Positions 53,801 through 63,920 of a stretch of DNA of 64,000 bases are shown one piece after another. The DNA comes from Rhina ancylostomus (lineage: Eukaryota): the NCBI GenBank assembly GCA_030265395.1, contig JARFYF010000084.1:81041874-81105873 (forward strand). The letters are read 5' to 3'. The first letter of the stretch is position 1, and every line of letters starts with the position of its first letter. A model generated the notes under the pieces. That model was not told where the DNA came from and did not search any database. It was given only the letters and a program-made list of their open reading frames with translations. A program made the translations under genes and the position numbers.

Positions 53801-56800
53801 TCATGTTTATTGTCATATGCACAAGTGCATGTATATACAGGTGCAAAGAAAAACTTGCAGCAGCATCACAGGCACATAGCATCATACACAAAAAAATTAA
53901 ACATAAATATACACAATTTTTACAAGAAAGAACACAATTAGAACAAAGAAGTCCATTTCAGTGCAAAGTGGTCAGTGTTGGTAAACAGTAGTGATTGGTG
54001 TTTTGCTGGTTGGTTCAAGAACTGAATGGCTGAAAGGAAGTAGCTGTTCTTGAATCTCTTCAGATCCCACTCCAGAGAACAGATCACAAAAATATAGGTT
54101 GACTCACCCTTATGGTACTAAGGGGGTGCTGCACAACTGAAGGCACCACCGGGGAGATAAAACATGAAGCCAAGCTCCTCTTTTGCATTCTCAGATAGAC
54201 GTGAAGATCCTATGGTACCATACCAAAAGGAGAGGTGATCAAGTCTCTGCAGGTCAATAATTCTTTAACCACAGTCAAAATCCAGGTGAACACCATGCCA
54301 TTGTGAGGGGCTTGCTGCACAGAACCCAGAGGTCACAAATGCCACAAAGCCATAGACTATGGAAACAGGCCATTTGGCCCAACTTGTTCATGCTGACCAA
54401 GACTCTGATCTAAGCTAGTTCCATTTGCCCATGTTTGGCTCATATCCCTCTATACCTTTCCTATTCATGTATCCGTCCAAGTACCTTTTGAATGTTGTTA
54501 ATGTACCTGCGTCAACCACTTCCTCTGGCAGCTTAATCCATATACTGACCACCCTCTGGGTGAAAATGTTGTCCCTCAGGTTCCTATTAAATCTCTCCCC
54601 TTAAACCCATGCCCCCTAGTTCTTGATTCCCCCAAACCTAGGAAAAAGACTGTGCATTGATTCCATCTATGTCCCTCAATTTTTTGTACAGCTCTACAAG
54701 ATCAGCCGTCATTCTCCTATGGTCCAATGATAAAAGTCTCAACCTCTCTCCTTAACTCAGTCCTTCTAGTCCCAGCAACATCCTTGCAAATCTCCTCTCC
54801 AGGTTAATGGCATCTTTCCTATAGCAGGGCAACCAAAACTGAACACAATATTCCAAATGCAGCCTCACCAACGATNNNNNNNNNNGATTTGTAAAAAAAA
54901 CAACTCAACCACAAAAGTGTAAAATGCACTGAGATCACAGAGGCAATTTGTAAACACACCATTTTTCTCTTCAAATATTTTATAGGCTTAATCAAACCCC
55001 CAAAAAAGGTTAAAAACAAACAAATTTGAATTCGATCATCAGCCATTTGAAGAAAGTAACATCAACTAAATAAATATAAACTCCATTTTTAGATAAAATT
55101 GTTATCGTCATAGGTCAATCCAATGAGAGAATTACTCCTTAACTCTAGTTTCCAATTATAAGAAATTAAGGCCCTTGCATAATTATTTTAAAAACTTAAT
55201 GTCTGGTCTCACCACCCACTAGCATCTCACATTATAAATTCCTATACCCGTGTTGCCTGTTTACATTGTAATGAAATTCTCTTGCCAGTGGGGGTGCTGC
55301 AGCCATTAAAGAGCTTGCATTCGAGTTTATTTGAGCAATTTCCATTGCATTGAGAGATACAGCTCAAAAACAGGCCCTTTGGCCCATTGTGTGCATACTG
55401 ACCATCAGCCATCCATTTACATTAATCCCATTTTTCATCACCACACGCTCTGATCAACAGCAACCCTCCCCCACCAAATTCTACCTACTTGTCCACTCCA
55501 CTTGAGAGCCCATAAATAGATCAACGGAATGAAGATCATCATCCTCTACCTTGAGGGATAACCACAACGACTCGCCTACACACTTGGGGAATTCACAGCA
55601 GCCAATTAATCTCTAAATACACACGTCTTTGAGAGTTAGGAGGAAACCTCGAGCCAGATAAGCCTAAGATAACTGAACAATTTTGTATAAGAGACAAATA
55701 ACAAGAAATGTTGCTTTATACTGAAAGGCATCGAACACTCAACCAAGTGGAGTTTGAAGTACAGCATAAGAAAGCGAAGGCTGCCATCAGGGCAACAAGA
55801 AGGAAGAGTGTTGGGAGAGAGGGAACAGCAAACATGGGTGGAAATAATGAGAACAGCCTTCAGTTTTGAGAGAAGGCAGTCAGTGATAATTCTGACAAAC
55901 CATGGAAGGATGGTTGAAGGCTGCTCACAAATGATTCACAGGGTAAAGTCGGAACCGTATTCTGCACTGGAGGGCAAGAGAATAAATGAGAACTAAGAAA
56001 ATGAGCCAGAATCCAGAATACTCCAAGTGTGCATAGGCTAATGGATTGCTGTAAACTGTCTCTAGTGTGCAAGTGAGAGGCAGGATCTGAGAAATGTTCA
56101 TGGGAACAACAAAGTGGGATCAGTGTAGGGTTAGTACGACTCTGTGGGCCAAAGGATCATTTTCCACATTATCTGATTGTATGACTCAATTTAGATACAG
56201 AGCTGAGAATGAGGCACAAATTCACTCAGTAGAAGATCCCTGATGAACCACACTGGCCTCCCACCCCCAGAAGCTCCCCAGTTTATTCAGGAGGCCTACC
56301 ACAGAATGCTGTCTGACCACACAATTTCAATGCCACCGATTCACTTTTCATACTATTGATTACTAATTTTAAACTCCAAGTTTAAAAAAAAGTGGATTTA
56401 TCAACTGGATTAAGGAGGCAAGACCACAGACTATTCAAAGAACAGTGGAAGCCAAGCTAATATATAAAAGAAAAACCTATTATTACTGCTTCACTGCCTC
56501 TTCATCAAACCCATGCTTGGTTCTAGAGAGTTAATAAACACTGCAATAGTTAGGTAAATGGGACAGTAAGGAAGTTCAAAATGTATCAATGGTGAAAGAT
56601 GGAAGGCTGGAGGCAAGGGCAGTACTACTGGAAGGCACAATGCCATTATTTTTATAGGTATCTAAAAGGCACACAAAACGGAGAAGACACTAAGAACAAA
56701 ACGGGCAGCAGAACAGAGAGCCAGCAGAAACTCCCCCATCCACATGTGGGCATCATAGTGAATCTAGACAGTAAATAAATTACAGTTCTATTATTTTAAA

Positions 56801-59800
56801 CTGTTTTCTTTCATTAACTGAACATCTCTCAACATCTTCCTCTAAACCTTTTGCCAAGTACTTGAAGTTTTCATTGAGCCACAGTTTGTGGTGACAGGCC
56901 ATGAAATATCTTCTGTATTTGTCATCAAATACATTTCCAAAAGATTTGAAAGAAAATGCTGAACTCAAACCTTTAGAGAATAACTGACTTGACAATTCCA
57001 AAACACGGCCTTTCCACAACTTAAGCCTTTCCTTTCATCTGGACATTCACAAAATCAGAGAGGAGAATTTTGGTGTTCAAAGAAACAAATTCTGGCAGTA
57101 AACTCAAACAGAAACCCCCTAGCAAGACTCCTGCCTCCTCTATTTACTTCCTCCTGCTCCAAGGCTGTGATATTACCTCAACCCACCGCCCCCAACNNNN
57201 NNNNNNNNNNNNNNNNNNNNNNNNNNNNNNNNNNNNNNNNNNNNNNNNNNNNNNNNNNNNNNNNNNNNNNNNNNNNNNNNNNNNNNNNNNNNNNNNNNNN
57301 NNNNNNNNNNNNNNNNNNNNNNNNNNNNNNNNNNNNNNNNNNNNNNNNNNNNNNNNNNNNNNNNNNNNNNNNNNNNNNNNNNNNNNNNNNNNNNNNNNNN
57401 NNNNNNNNNNNNNNNNNNNNNNNNNNNNNNNNNNNNNNNNNNNNNNNNNNNNNNNNNNNNNNNNNNNNNNNNNNNNNNNNNNNNNNNNNNNNNNNNNNNN
57501 NNNNNNNNNNNNNNNNNNNNNNNNNNNNNNNNNNNNNNNNNNNNNNNNNNNNNNNNNNNNNNNNNNNNNNNNNNNNNNNNNNNNNNNNNNNNNNNNNNNN
57601 NNNNNNNNNNNNNNNNNNNNNNNNNNNNNNNNNNNNNNNNNNNNNNNNNNNNNNNNNNNNNNNNNNNNNNNNNNNNNNNNNNNNNNNNNNNNNNNNNNNN
57701 NNNNNNNNNNNNNNNNNNNNNNNNNNNNNNNNNNNNNNNNNNNNNNNNNNNNNNNNNNNNNNNNNNNNNNNNNNNNNNNNNNNNNNNNNNNNNNNNNNNN
57801 NNNNNNNNNNNNNNNNNNNNNNNNNNNNNNNNNNNNNNNNNNNNNNNNNNNNNNNNNNNNNNNNNNNNNNNNNNNNNNNNNNNNNTTGGCTTGATTCATA
57901 TTGTACCACAAGGTAATAGACTCAGGGTAGCCCAAATAACTTCATTGCCAATGACAAGCTTCCTGAAGCAAAGTGAATGTAGTGGAAGACGCAAAACAGA
58001 CAGACTCTCTCACAAGTGGACAGAGAAATGTTTCAAGGAATGCAGTCAAAACCTTCTTGAAGTAAATGTAACATCCTTACCACCCATTTCTCTCTCCACA
58101 TATGCTGCCCAACATGCTGAATATTTCCAACACTTTCTGGTTTTATTTCAGGATTTCCAGCATCTGCAGTTTGAAGCTTTTCTATCAATTTGATTATTTT
58201 GGCTTGAATGCTGGACTTGGGCCAAATGAAACCCAATGTCAGGAATGATGGCTTTATTAAGAGTAACATCCTCAAATGTACAGTTGTAATGCCCCTGTAG
58301 AGGTTATCAAGCTGGCGTGATGCATGTGGAACTATTAGAAAGATGCAGGGCCTATACAGGGATTGGAACAGTTCTCATTATATAACGTGTAAATGACATT
58401 GACAAGACATGTACAAAAATATTCATTGGTAAATACTCATCAACTTGTTAGAGTGGCCAGATGGCTGAGATACATTTATAAAATTGTAGTTAGAGCACTG
58501 TCAAATAAGCAGGATCTTGACTGTAGAATCTTACAGCTTCCATTTAACAAGAATGATCCACTTATGGAAGACCCTTCAAATCACACAATAACCAGGCAGA
58601 ACAAAGCCAGGCACGGAAACAAGGAAACAAAAAGAGGGAGGCATTTTCCGTCATCACTTGGACTAATTAACAGTACAGCAATCACTAGCTGGTCATCTAC
58701 TCAAACTCAAGACTCTTCTTTTGGCAGCATTTTGTTTTTTTTTAAAAAGAGGAGGAGAAACTGGTTTTCCTGAAATTGAAAGTTGTTTTTAAAACCACAC
58801 CCAGGTCTTCCAGAACGTGTACTCCTCTGATGTAAATATATGTGTCAATTTCCTTGTATTGATGTATTGATTTTCAAAGTAAAAGATCAGAAGGTTTTGA
58901 GGCCTGTTCTTCAACTTTTGTGTTAAACTGATGAAAGCAAGTGGGATTGGTACACCTTTGTACTGGCATCCTCTTAACATCACCAAATTGCATAGAACTT
59001 ACAGTACATAATCAGGTTTTTCAGCCAAGCTGATCGATGCTAGTTACCTCAAAGCTATCATGCCCTATTTCTTTATTTGCTTATTCAGATCCCACCCCCC
59101 CACCCTTAAAACAAATCACACTAAATCTAATAAACTGGATAGCATGATAATCCCATCGACATTTTAACTCTTTCGTGGGTTTATCCCGAACTTCTTACTG
59201 GAGCTCCTCTAATACTGCATTCCCACATGCAATGTCTTCTCTATTGAATCTTTTCATTAAGAAAACACTTGAATCAGATTATAACCTCAGTGATGCACAT
59301 GGGGTGCAGGAACAGAGGGGTCTGGAGGTATGGGTACACAAGTCAATGAATGTGGCAGAGCAAGTTGAGAAAGTGGTTAATAAGATATACACAGTTCTGT
59401 GTAATTGAGGCAGAGTACAAAAGCAAGTAATGCTGATATACATACATAGTTACTGTCAATCATCTGTATTTACAGGAATACAGTTTGTTATGACTTGCTA
59501 GTGGCAGCTGGACCAGGTTGACTGAAAGCCAAACAATTGAAAATCAAGCAGTGGCATATAATTGCTATCTGTTCCTACTGAATGAAGGTAGAGTGGGGTG
59601 GTGAATCTCATGTTACTGGACAAGCAATCCAGAGGCCTGGACTAATAATCTCGAGAAAGCAAGTTCAAATACTTCCATGGCAATTAGAATTTGAATTCAA
59701 TTTTAAAAGTTTGGAAACAGAAGACAGCAGTTAAAGCAGCTATGAAGGTGTTGGACTGTCAAAATTTGAACTGGCTCACCAGAGTCTGTTAGGAAGGAAG

Positions 59801-62800
59801 ACCTGTTGTCTTTCTAACTTAAAAGATGACCAAGTCCCACATCAATACAGCTAACTATTAACTACTCTTAGGAATGGCCTACCAAGCCACTCAACTGTAA
59901 CAGCATTCTGCAAGGGCAACTCAGATTGGCATGAAATGTGGGCCCATATCCAAAAGAATAATTGTGCACTTTTTATTTTTCCAGAAAAAGTAAAAAAGTA
60001 AAACAAAGAAATTTCCAAGATGTGAACCTGCTCACTTGCTTGTCTTTCCTTAAGGATATCTGTCTTAAGGGGGCACTGCTGTCTTCTCTGACCAACTACT
60101 AAGCAGATATTAAAAGGCAATTATGTCAGAACAACAACTTACATTCATAGCCACCTTAAGAAGAATCTTCGAAAGGCGACAACTAACTACACAGAGAAAG
60201 AAAGTCTTTAGAAAGGAATTCTAGCGCCTAAGCAGCTAAAAGAGTGACTGCTACTGGGACAGTGATTAAAATAGAAACAAGAGACCAGAATCAGAATAGC
60301 ACAGAGATCCCAGAAGTTTGTAAAGCTGGAGGATACAGAAATAGGGAGAAGTAGAGTACCATTTTGAACTGTGGTGCATTGTACAATACGACTTCTCAAA
60401 AGAAAATGGCATGAATTTTAGGGGGTAATGTCACCTTTTCCACAGAAGTGTAAAGTCTTGAAGCTGTGGCTCCCAATTGCAACTTGATGCTGGATTCCTC
60501 ACGGATTCCAACAAGGGAGTGCAAGCTGCGGCAATCCCCACCTTTGCTGGCTGGGAATCTATTCAAGCATCCTACAGACCAGCCAATCCTAGGCAAGGGA
60601 CCAAGGCATGTTTGAAATTAAGAGCATTCTAAATCTAAATGTATAGATTTAGAAGTATCCTGTTTTTGAGCATTTTATGATTTGAATTCAAGACTTCAAT
60701 ATTTTTGGATGTCTTTGAATCGCAGTTTGACAACTGTGACAGCTGGCTAGAGGATTGTGCCTGAGCCAGCTGTTAAATTGTTTGTCTTACTGCGTGTGTG
60801 GGGGGCCTGTTCCCACTTCCCTACCTGACACCATTGAAGGCCCCAACATTGAAGTGACTTGCAAGAAATGGAGGAAACTAATTCCCCCAGGGAACTACAA
60901 TGTGGAAACACAAGCAGCTTGCTGCTAACCACACACTCTGCACCAGTGTGTACCAAGACACACGTGCTCCACAGCATAACAATGTTAATACATGTCCATC
61001 TGTAAAAACCAAAATATCTTTGCAAAGCAGTGTGTCAAGTGAACTGTGACTCCTTAGGCAGTACAAGACAGCTCATTTTATTCTGAAGCAATGCTTGGCT
61101 CTCCAAAATACACAAGATTTTTTCCCTCTGTAAACCACGCTGAAAGGGATAACTTTGTTCTCCTTCACCAAGTAACCCTAAAGAGCCCATCAACACCTAC
61201 ATCACATTCGGGTCACCAAGCTGACTTTTGAGCCAACTCCCTCTAGTTAATATCAAAATCTTGCAGATATCTTTCACAGTATTTCCTTTCACATGTGTTA
61301 TTATCGAATACACATCCACCACCTTTCCAGGGAGTAAATTGCCAGTTACCCATTTCCTCCGGAGATTAATGTTTCTGTACTTCTATTGTTTTGAAATTGA
61401 ATATCATTTCTTCCTATTTATTCTGTGTGTCATTATTCTGACTGCATCTATTAAATCTCCCCTAACCTGTTCTGTTCCAGACAACAACCCAAGCTTCTTT
61501 GGTCTCAACACATACTTGGGGATTACCATTGCAGTAATTGTGTGCAACAAACAGTTTAAGAGACAGCAGTCACTGGGACACACCACACCAACAAGAACTT
61601 TCACTAATACAGCCGCTCATTAATATGGTGAGGTGCTTCACAATAACGGGACCAGGCAAAATTTGATGCTGGATTGATAGTCAACAAGTATTTAAGAGAA
61701 AGTCAAAACAAAATTTGGAGTTCAATAGCCTGTGGTTGGTGCAAGGGCAGTCATGGCCCCCTCTTGGAGCGGGATTGCTTGTGAACGCAGCCCAAAGTGG
61801 ATGATAATCCCCACTTACAGCAAAATACTGGCATAAGGTAAACAAAACCCCGGTAAGGGCAGTTTCTTTTGCCCAAGGAAAGCACAGATAGCTGGAGGAC
61901 AGCCATTGACAATGGAATAACGGTCAAGAGGCGAAAGGAGAAATATTGAAGTCTCAGTGGACTGGAGGACTGCAGAAAAATACAGAGCAAATTGTGGATG
62001 AATGCAAGAGTTCTGGATGTGCTCAGCTTTAGATAAAAATCACCCTTATCTCAGATGAAGTCAAAACTGACCACTCTTAATTAAATGAAAACTTTTTCCA
62101 ATTTTCCAAGTATTGAAATGAAAACAACATATTTCTTTCTCTGTTAAATCTCTTGGATAAACTTATTACCTCATTAGGTGAGGATGCCTTGCACAGGATA
62201 CATAATCCAAGGTGTACAATGCAAGTGTTTTCCGAATCAAATGTCTTTATCGGCGATCATCTACTTCAACATTTACTTTATGAAAGAATACTACTACATA
62301 ATTTCTGTGGAAAAAATTGTAATCCTGCGAAGCACACAGTTACAAAAGACAGTTATGTTTGGAAATAAATAAGAAAGTGCTAAATACATTGCTCTCAATT
62401 TAATCACCATCTTTCGTACACACACAAGGCACTAGATTCAAGCTCTGAGGCACCAGAAGAATGCAAACCCTTGCAGCAGTCACTTACATTAATCTTGAAA
62501 AATATTCTAGAAACTGATCAATATAGATCAGCCTTACAAAATGTCCACCCCCAAAACAAACCCACATTAAAACATAACAGCCTTCTTTTACCATGGAATC
62601 AAGGGCAGTGTGCCTTTGCAACTGTGGCTTTATGTGCAGCTCACTCTTGCATCTGCAGGAATATGCAGCCCACTTTTGCTACTGCTCTGATATACATTCT
62701 ATCTTTGCTATTGCACACACAAATGCACATTTCTGCAATAAAACAAACATAGCCCAACTTTTCCATTAAAGAAATACACACAGCTCACCCTTGCAACTTC

Positions 62801-63631
62801 ACCAATGCACACAGCCCATGCTTATCGCAGCACAAATAAACTGCCCACCTTAAAACTTTTATTATTGCATAACACAGCTACCTATACAACTGTGCCAATG
62901 AATACAGCCCACACTTACTGCTGCACTAAGACAGTCCACTTTGGTTAATGGACAAAACACAACACAGCCCACATTTGCTATTGCACAAAATAAACAGGGA
63001 GTTCACCTTTAGTGTACCACGGAAAGCACAGTGCACTTTTACTATAAATACAAAACCAGCTCACCGTTACAACCGTGCTAATGAACACAGCCCAACTTTT
63101 AAAATAACACGCATTAATACAATTACCTTTAGAACTGTGCTAAGTAACACAGACCACCTTAACTATTGAACAAAAAACCAGCCACCTTTACAACTGTGCT
63201 ATTAAACGCAGCCCACCTTTAGAAGTGTGCCAAAAACACACAGCACCCCTCCCCTTTGCCCAGTTCCGCCCCCAATAGGCAACACAAAGCTGGTGCACAT
63301 TTCTAACCCGGGACAGGGGTTGCCCCCTTGCACCAGTCCAAGTGTGCAGACTGAAGCCAGCTCCAGTTCCCCTCACCCCAAAATTGAGTTGGGCTACGCC
63401 CTGCTGTGCTTATAGGCTGCACTCGATGGCTGTCAACTGCAGCCCGGTGCCGCTCTGCTCTCCCATCTCCTGAGCTTTGCCTCAGCCCGGACTGTGAGCG
63501 CTGCGACCCGCGTTCCACCATCCCGAGGGCGCCGCGGTGCCCTGAGCAAACTTACCGCAAGCCCGGAAAACGTCTGAAAACCCCAACGCTGTAAATAAAG
63601 CGACGACCCAAAAGGAATCCATCAGTCCCAT
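5693..63631 (-). CDS. TGFBR2: TGF-beta receptor type-2 (or TGFBR2-like paralogue), whole spliced gene, 7 coding exons, 573 aa
   Basis: Exons of 76+163+194+812+142+128+207 = 1722 nt join in frame with GT-AG boundaries (intron phases 1,2,1,0,1,0). The product has a signal peptide, a 12-Cys ectodomain ending in CSC..ECND, a TM helix, and a Ser/Thr kinase ([36 protein letters not shown]). It has no GS box, so it is a type II receptor. Orthologue versus paralogue cannot be settled without synteny or phylogeny. Confidence 0.93.
7406..7533 (-). CDS. TGFBR2: TGFBR2 exon 6 ([43 protein letters not shown])
   Basis: Acceptor tctacag|, donor CAG|GTACT, 128 nt. Near-identical to canonical TGFBR2. Confidence 0.96.
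7551..7825 (-). mobile_element. V-SINE with a different (Rex1-like) 3' tail, abutting the exon 6 acceptor
   Basis: Same V core as the copy at 29649. The tail ends ...CACTGTATGTTTCGATGTACATGTGACTAAAAGATATCTTGTATCTTG. Confidence 0.75.
8270..8735 (-). mobile_element. V-SINE spanning an assembly gap
   Basis: aaaccggagcac core and aggattgaacccaggtcactggagc (reverse-complement B box). Confidence 0.6.
9398..10515 (-). mobile_element. CR1/HER1-like LINE ORF2 (RT) fragment, frameshifted
   Basis: Peptides [21 protein letters not shown]...[41 protein letters not shown] and [14 protein letters not shown]. Confidence 0.9.
15173..15314 (-). CDS. TGFBR2: TGFBR2 exon 5 ([47 protein letters not shown])
   Basis: Translated by hand (absent from the ORF track). 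Acceptor ttgtag|, donor G|GTGAGT, 142 nt, kinase subdomains VIII-IX. Confidence 0.96.
15885..16190 (+). mobile_element. Rex1/Babar-like LINE 3' end
   Basis: Peptide [44 protein letters not shown]. Confidence 0.75.
16830..17249 (+). mobile_element. 5'-truncated Tx1/L1-clade LINE with a 15-bp target-site duplication
   Basis: C-terminal ORF2-like peptide [32 protein letters not shown] and an A-rich tail. AGTTCTTTGAACTAA occurs at 16815-16829 and 17250-17264. Confidence 0.75.
19450..19718 (-). mobile_element. V-SINE (HE1-like)
   Basis: ggaggaaaccagggcac core and aggattgaatctgggtcgctggagctg head. Confidence 0.65.
19840..21160 (+). mobile_element. Decayed CR1-like LINE (RT to 3' end)
   Basis: Remnants of [18 protein letters not shown] and LFTVCINDL; ends in cctacttctgctcctatttcttatg. 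Confidence 0.75.
21975..22280 (+). mobile_element. Penelope-like element 3' remnant (related pieces at about 51120-51320 -, 53040-53345 +, 58080-58170 +)
   Basis: tttaattctccatcccactc...gaggaacagcac...ctcaattcaacaatttcag and the shared atttccagcatctgcagt terminus. Family assigned from recall. Confidence 0.45.
22490..24840. mobile_element. Cluster of CR1-like fragments in both orientations (about 22490-22850 +, 22870-23900 -, 24220-24840 +)
   Basis: Peptides [12 protein letters not shown] and LNFGREN on the minus strand; cagcatggatttataaagggtagg on the plus strand. Confidence 0.6.
25058..25405 (-). mobile_element. Rex1/Babar-like LINE 3' end
   Basis: caagtttattgtcatatgcacaagt tail and aagcagctgttcctgaacctgg...ctcctgcctgatggtag. 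Confidence 0.65.
26790..26866 (-). mobile_element. 3' end of a young V-SINE running into a gap
   Basis: Near-identical to 29665-29740. Confidence 0.7.
27870..29640. repeat. Degenerate TTCCATTCCATC-rich satellite (unit about 23 bp), twice interrupted by the same LINE fragment
   Basis: Recurrent ttccattccatc(a/c)atcag(g/a)cag(a/t)c units. Confidence 0.75.
29649..29899 (-). mobile_element. Full-length, young tRNA-derived V-SINE (HE1-like)
   Basis: On the minus strand: A box TAGCGTAGTGG, B box GGTTTGATTCCC, V-domain core GGGTTTCCTCCGGGTGCTCCGGTTTCCTCCCACATTCCAAAGAC, CR1-like tail GGGCCAGAAGGGCCTGTT and poly(A). CpGs are retained. Confidence 0.85.
31390..32290 (+). mobile_element. Decayed CR1-like LINE 3' portion
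   Basis: ggatacttgccttcattaaccaggcatagaatataagagc; peptide [12 protein letters not shown]. Confidence 0.7.
33000..33495. repeat. Degenerate minisatellite (unit about 36-39 bp) with GGGTTAGGGGCAGGGTTAG core; last units inverted
   Basis: Repeated ttagggg/acagg(g/a)ttag..ctgcagtt, then ccctgcccctaacc...aactgcaggactaatcctacccctaac from about 33441. Confidence 0.8.
33495..33860 (-). mobile_element. CR1-like LINE fragment
   Basis: aactgcacacaatactcca...agcatgccatatgccttct is the reverse complement of KAYGML...LEYCVQ. Confidence 0.65.
34747..35558 (-). CDS. TGFBR2: TGFBR2 exon 4 (TM helix, juxtamembrane region, kinase up to LANSGQ)
   Basis: Acceptor tttag|, donor CAG|GTGAGT, 812 nt. Contains [56 protein letters not shown] and [12 protein letters not shown]. 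Confidence 0.96.
36140..36590 (+). mobile_element. Ancient Deu-domain-like SINE (relatives at about 6750-7120 -, 26220-26560 +, 39370-39630 -, 54050-54340 +)
   Basis: agaaagttatgggtttaaat...cagcactgggggagtgccgcacagtcag...agattttaaa, followed by an L2-like tail. Confidence 0.45.
37500..38965 (+). mobile_element. CR1/HER1-like LINE, 5'-truncated and decayed
   Basis: Peptides [57 protein letters not shown] and [15 protein letters not shown]; tail ttctatgatgtatgac. Confidence 0.88.
41340..42070 (+). mobile_element. Old CR1-like 3' fragment
   Basis: aaatgcaagtgttacattttgg and cagagtgtggagtcaggaatgcac. Confidence 0.55.
42400..44270 (+). mobile_element. CR1-like LINE (endonuclease remnant plus 3' part), interrupted by an opposite-strand element
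   Basis: attacagaaacatggctgcag (ITETWL) and ggggtggccttg; peptides [27 protein letters not shown] and [12 protein letters not shown]. Confidence 0.7.
43792..44080 (-). mobile_element. Rex1/Babar-like LINE 3' end nested in CR1
   Basis: Reverse complement of the family at 15885 (RARTTRL..., gtgacaataataaaccaatacc tail). Confidence 0.65.
45366..45559 (-). CDS. TGFBR2: TGFBR2 exon 3 (ectodomain: [16 protein letters not shown]...KCEMKEKK...[18 protein letters not shown])
   Basis: Acceptor ctgcag|, donor G|GTGAG. Contains the Cys box CSC..ECND. Confidence 0.95.
46730..46892 (-). CDS. TGFBR2: TGFBR2 exon 2 (ectodomain: ...[41 protein letters not shown])
   Basis: Acceptor ttttccag|, donor TG|GTAATA. 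Cys spacing matches the TGFBR2 LCKFCD...CMSNCSITSICE...EVCVAVW pattern. Confidence 0.95.
51810..52280 (-). mobile_element. Non-LTR retroelement fragment of a second family (also at about 1255-1570 -, 28310-28575 +, 29255-29545 +)
   Basis: Peptide [36 protein letters not shown], a LINE RT C-terminal region. Clade uncertain. Confidence 0.65.
53792..54058 (-). mobile_element. Rex1/Babar-like LINE 3' tail (same family as 25058)
   Basis: gtttattgtcatatgcacaagt...ggttcaagaac...gaagtagctgttcttgaa. Confidence 0.6.
54350..54875 (-). mobile_element. CR1/HER1-like LINE 3' end
   Basis: accaaaactgaacacaatattcc, accaccctctgggtgaaaa and ggaaacaggccatttggccc. Confidence 0.8.
55350..55650 (-). mobile_element. 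Degenerate V-SINE
   Basis: caggccctttggccca tail and gtctttgagagttaggaggaaacc core. Confidence 0.5.
62550..63310. repeat. Degenerate tandem array (unit about 30-35 bp; consensus near ACACAGCCCACCTTTACAACTGTGCTAATAA) at the start of intron 1
   Basis: About 20 recurring acacagcccac...actgtgc units. Confidence 0.75.
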
Positions 63632-63920
63632 GGTCTAAAACTCCCGTTCGGCAATGATCGGTAGTGATGAGGAGAATAACAAGAAAAAAATACAAATGAA
63701 AAAGTTTGTAAAGTTTTTTTTGAGTCGCCTTATCGTGGCCTCAACTATAAGTTCTCCCTCCCTCTCCGTCTGAGTCAAAATGCGCCTATGAGTCATTGGT
63801 TTATGCATTTTAAGGGAAACAGGAAACTTCAAACTCAGAATGTGGGTTGGGCTTCCAGCGAGAAAAAAAAGACTCCTCCAATCAATCATCAGGGTGGATT
63901 AGCTGGGCAAGAAGCAATTG
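63390..63920 (-). promoter_or_regulatory. CpG-enriched promoter / 5' UTR region with tandem ETS sites (63814-63830), two AP-1 TGAGTCA sites (63771-63777, 63789-63795) and a CCAAT (63795-63799)
   Basis: Motifs read directly from the sequence. CpG density is visibly higher than in the flanking introns. No clear TATA box. Confidence 0.65.
63556..63631 (-). CDS. TGFBR2: TGFBR2 coding exon 1 (signal peptide [26 protein letters not shown])
   Basis: Strong Kozak context gaccATGG, hydrophobic leader, consensus donor G|GTAAGT in phase 1 matching exon 2, and CpG-rich surroundings. Not in the ORF track; read by hand. Confidence 0.85.

Noticed and set aside
62550-63310. CRISPR array
   Set aside because: Vertebrate intron, degenerate units without unique spacers, no cas genes.
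46893-63555. Alternative exon equivalent to the mammalian TGFBR2 isoform B insert
   Set aside because: No recognisable candidate in intron 1; part of the intron is gapped.
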